A stretch of DNA of 64,000 nt, taken from assembly GCA_937625935.1 (NCBI GenBank), contig OW569347.1, positions 622,642 through 686,641 on the forward strand, written 5' to 3'. The position numbers were made by a program, and so were the translations under genes. Of the stretch, positions 63,141 to 64,000 are shown one piece after another; positions within the stretch are counted from its first letter, which is position 1; each line of letters opens with the position of its first letter. The DNA is from Tetramitus jugosus. Taxonomy: Eukaryota; Protista; Heterolobosea. Under the pieces are notes generated by a model that saw only the letters and a program-made list of their open reading frames with translations, did no database searches and had not been told where the DNA came from.

Positions 63141-64000
63141 GGGTTTGGGTTTGGGTTTGGGTTTGGGTTTGGGTTTGGGTTTGGGTTTGGGTTTGGGTTT
63201 GGGTTTGGGTTTGGGTTTGGGTTTGGGTTTGGGTTTGGGTTTGGGTTTGGGTTTGGGTTTGGGTTTGGGTTTGGGTTTGGGTTTGGGTTTGGGTTTGGGT
63301 TTGGGTTTGGGTTTGGGTTTGGGTTTGGGTTTGGGTTTGGGTTTGGGTTTGGGTTTGGGTTTGGGTTTGGGTTTGGGTTTGGGTTTGGGTTTGGGTTTGG
63401 GTTTGGGTTTGGGTTTGGGTTTGGGTTTGGGTTTGGGTTTGGGTTTGGGTTTGGGTTTGGGTTTGGGTTTGGGTTTGGGTTTGGGTTTGGGTTTGGGTTT
63501 GGGTTTGGGTTTGGGTTTGGGTTTGGGTTTGGGTTTGGGTTTGGGTTTGGGTTTGGGTTTGGGTTTGGGTTTGGGTTTGGGTTTGGGTTTGGGTTTGGGT
63601 TTGGGTTTGGGTTTGGGTTTGGGTTTGGGTTTGGGTTTGGGTTTGGGTTTGGGTTTGGGTTTGGGTTTGGGTTTGGGTTTGGGTTTGGGTTTGGGTTTGG
63701 GTTTGGGTTTGGGTTTGGGTTTGGGTTTGGGTTTGGGTTTGGGTTTGGGTTTGGGTTTGGGTTTGGGTTTGGGTTTGGGTTTGGGTTTGGGTTTGGGTTT
63801 GGGTTTGGGTTTGGGTTTGGGTTTGGGTTTGGGTTTGGGTTTGGGTTTGGGTTTGGGTTTGGGTTTGGGTTTGGGTTTGGGTTTGGGTTTGGGTTTGGGT
63901 TTGGGTTTGGGTTTGGGTTTGGGTTTGGGTTTGGGTTTGGGTTTGGGTTGGGTTTGGGTTTGGGTTTGGGTTTGGGTTTGGGTTAGGGTTTGGGGTTTGG
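63141..64000 (+). repeat. Telomere, (TTTGGG)n, G-rich strand running 5'->3' toward the chromosome end
   Basis: About 860 nt (~140 units) of near-perfect TTTGGG to the window end; variants only in the last ~55 nt. Confidence 0.98.

Noticed and set aside
63063-63986. 307-aa (GF)n ORF
   Set aside because: It is the translation of the telomeric repeat, not a gene.
63948-63995. Variant telomere units TTGGG, TTAGGG, TTTGGGG
   Set aside because: Confined to the last ~55 nt where consensus quality is usually poor; cannot be distinguished from sequencing error.

Overview
Gene-dense, intron-poor eukaryotic chromosome end read in the standard genetic code. About 30 protein genes fill 1-58026. A ~5 kb subtelomere of decayed sequence follows, including a frameshifted PIF/Harbinger transposase, and then a (TTTGGG)n telomere from ~63141 to the window end. 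Gene content and style suggest a heterolobosean amoeboflagellate related to Naegleria (inference): a multi-saposin precursor, an ankyrin-TM-cyclase, cathepsin B, poly-Asn/Gln tracts and ciliary genes. I reconstructed 11 short introns (53-145 nt, mostly GTATGT donors) that join several ORF-track fragments into single genes. Recognisable genes: RAD9, Fuzzy, PX-UBA, MATH-BTB, a six-domain saposin precursor, ribophorin II, cathepsin B-like, MFS sugar transporter, G-alpha, Fe-S PD-(D/E)XK nuclease, ATG9, Ras, Qa-SNARE, class II eIF4E, TDP2-like, ChaN-like, NEK, tandem BRCT, S1P lyase, SNase-like and TMEM104-like. Most notable oddities: (1) a cathepsin B carrying a fungal-type glucan-binding (CBM52-like) module; (2) an inverted pair of genes encoding an identical 92-aa membrane protein, with a gene-conversion footprint; (3) an apparently catalytically dead receptor cyclase; (4) a prokaryote-like AddB/Cas4-type nuclease with a possible mitochondrial presequence; (5) a structured intergenic ncRNA candidate; (6) a recurrent palindromic TTGGCGCCAA promoter motif; (7) a telomere joined directly onto coding-like sequence. 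All family assignments come from motif recognition by eye; no searches were run.
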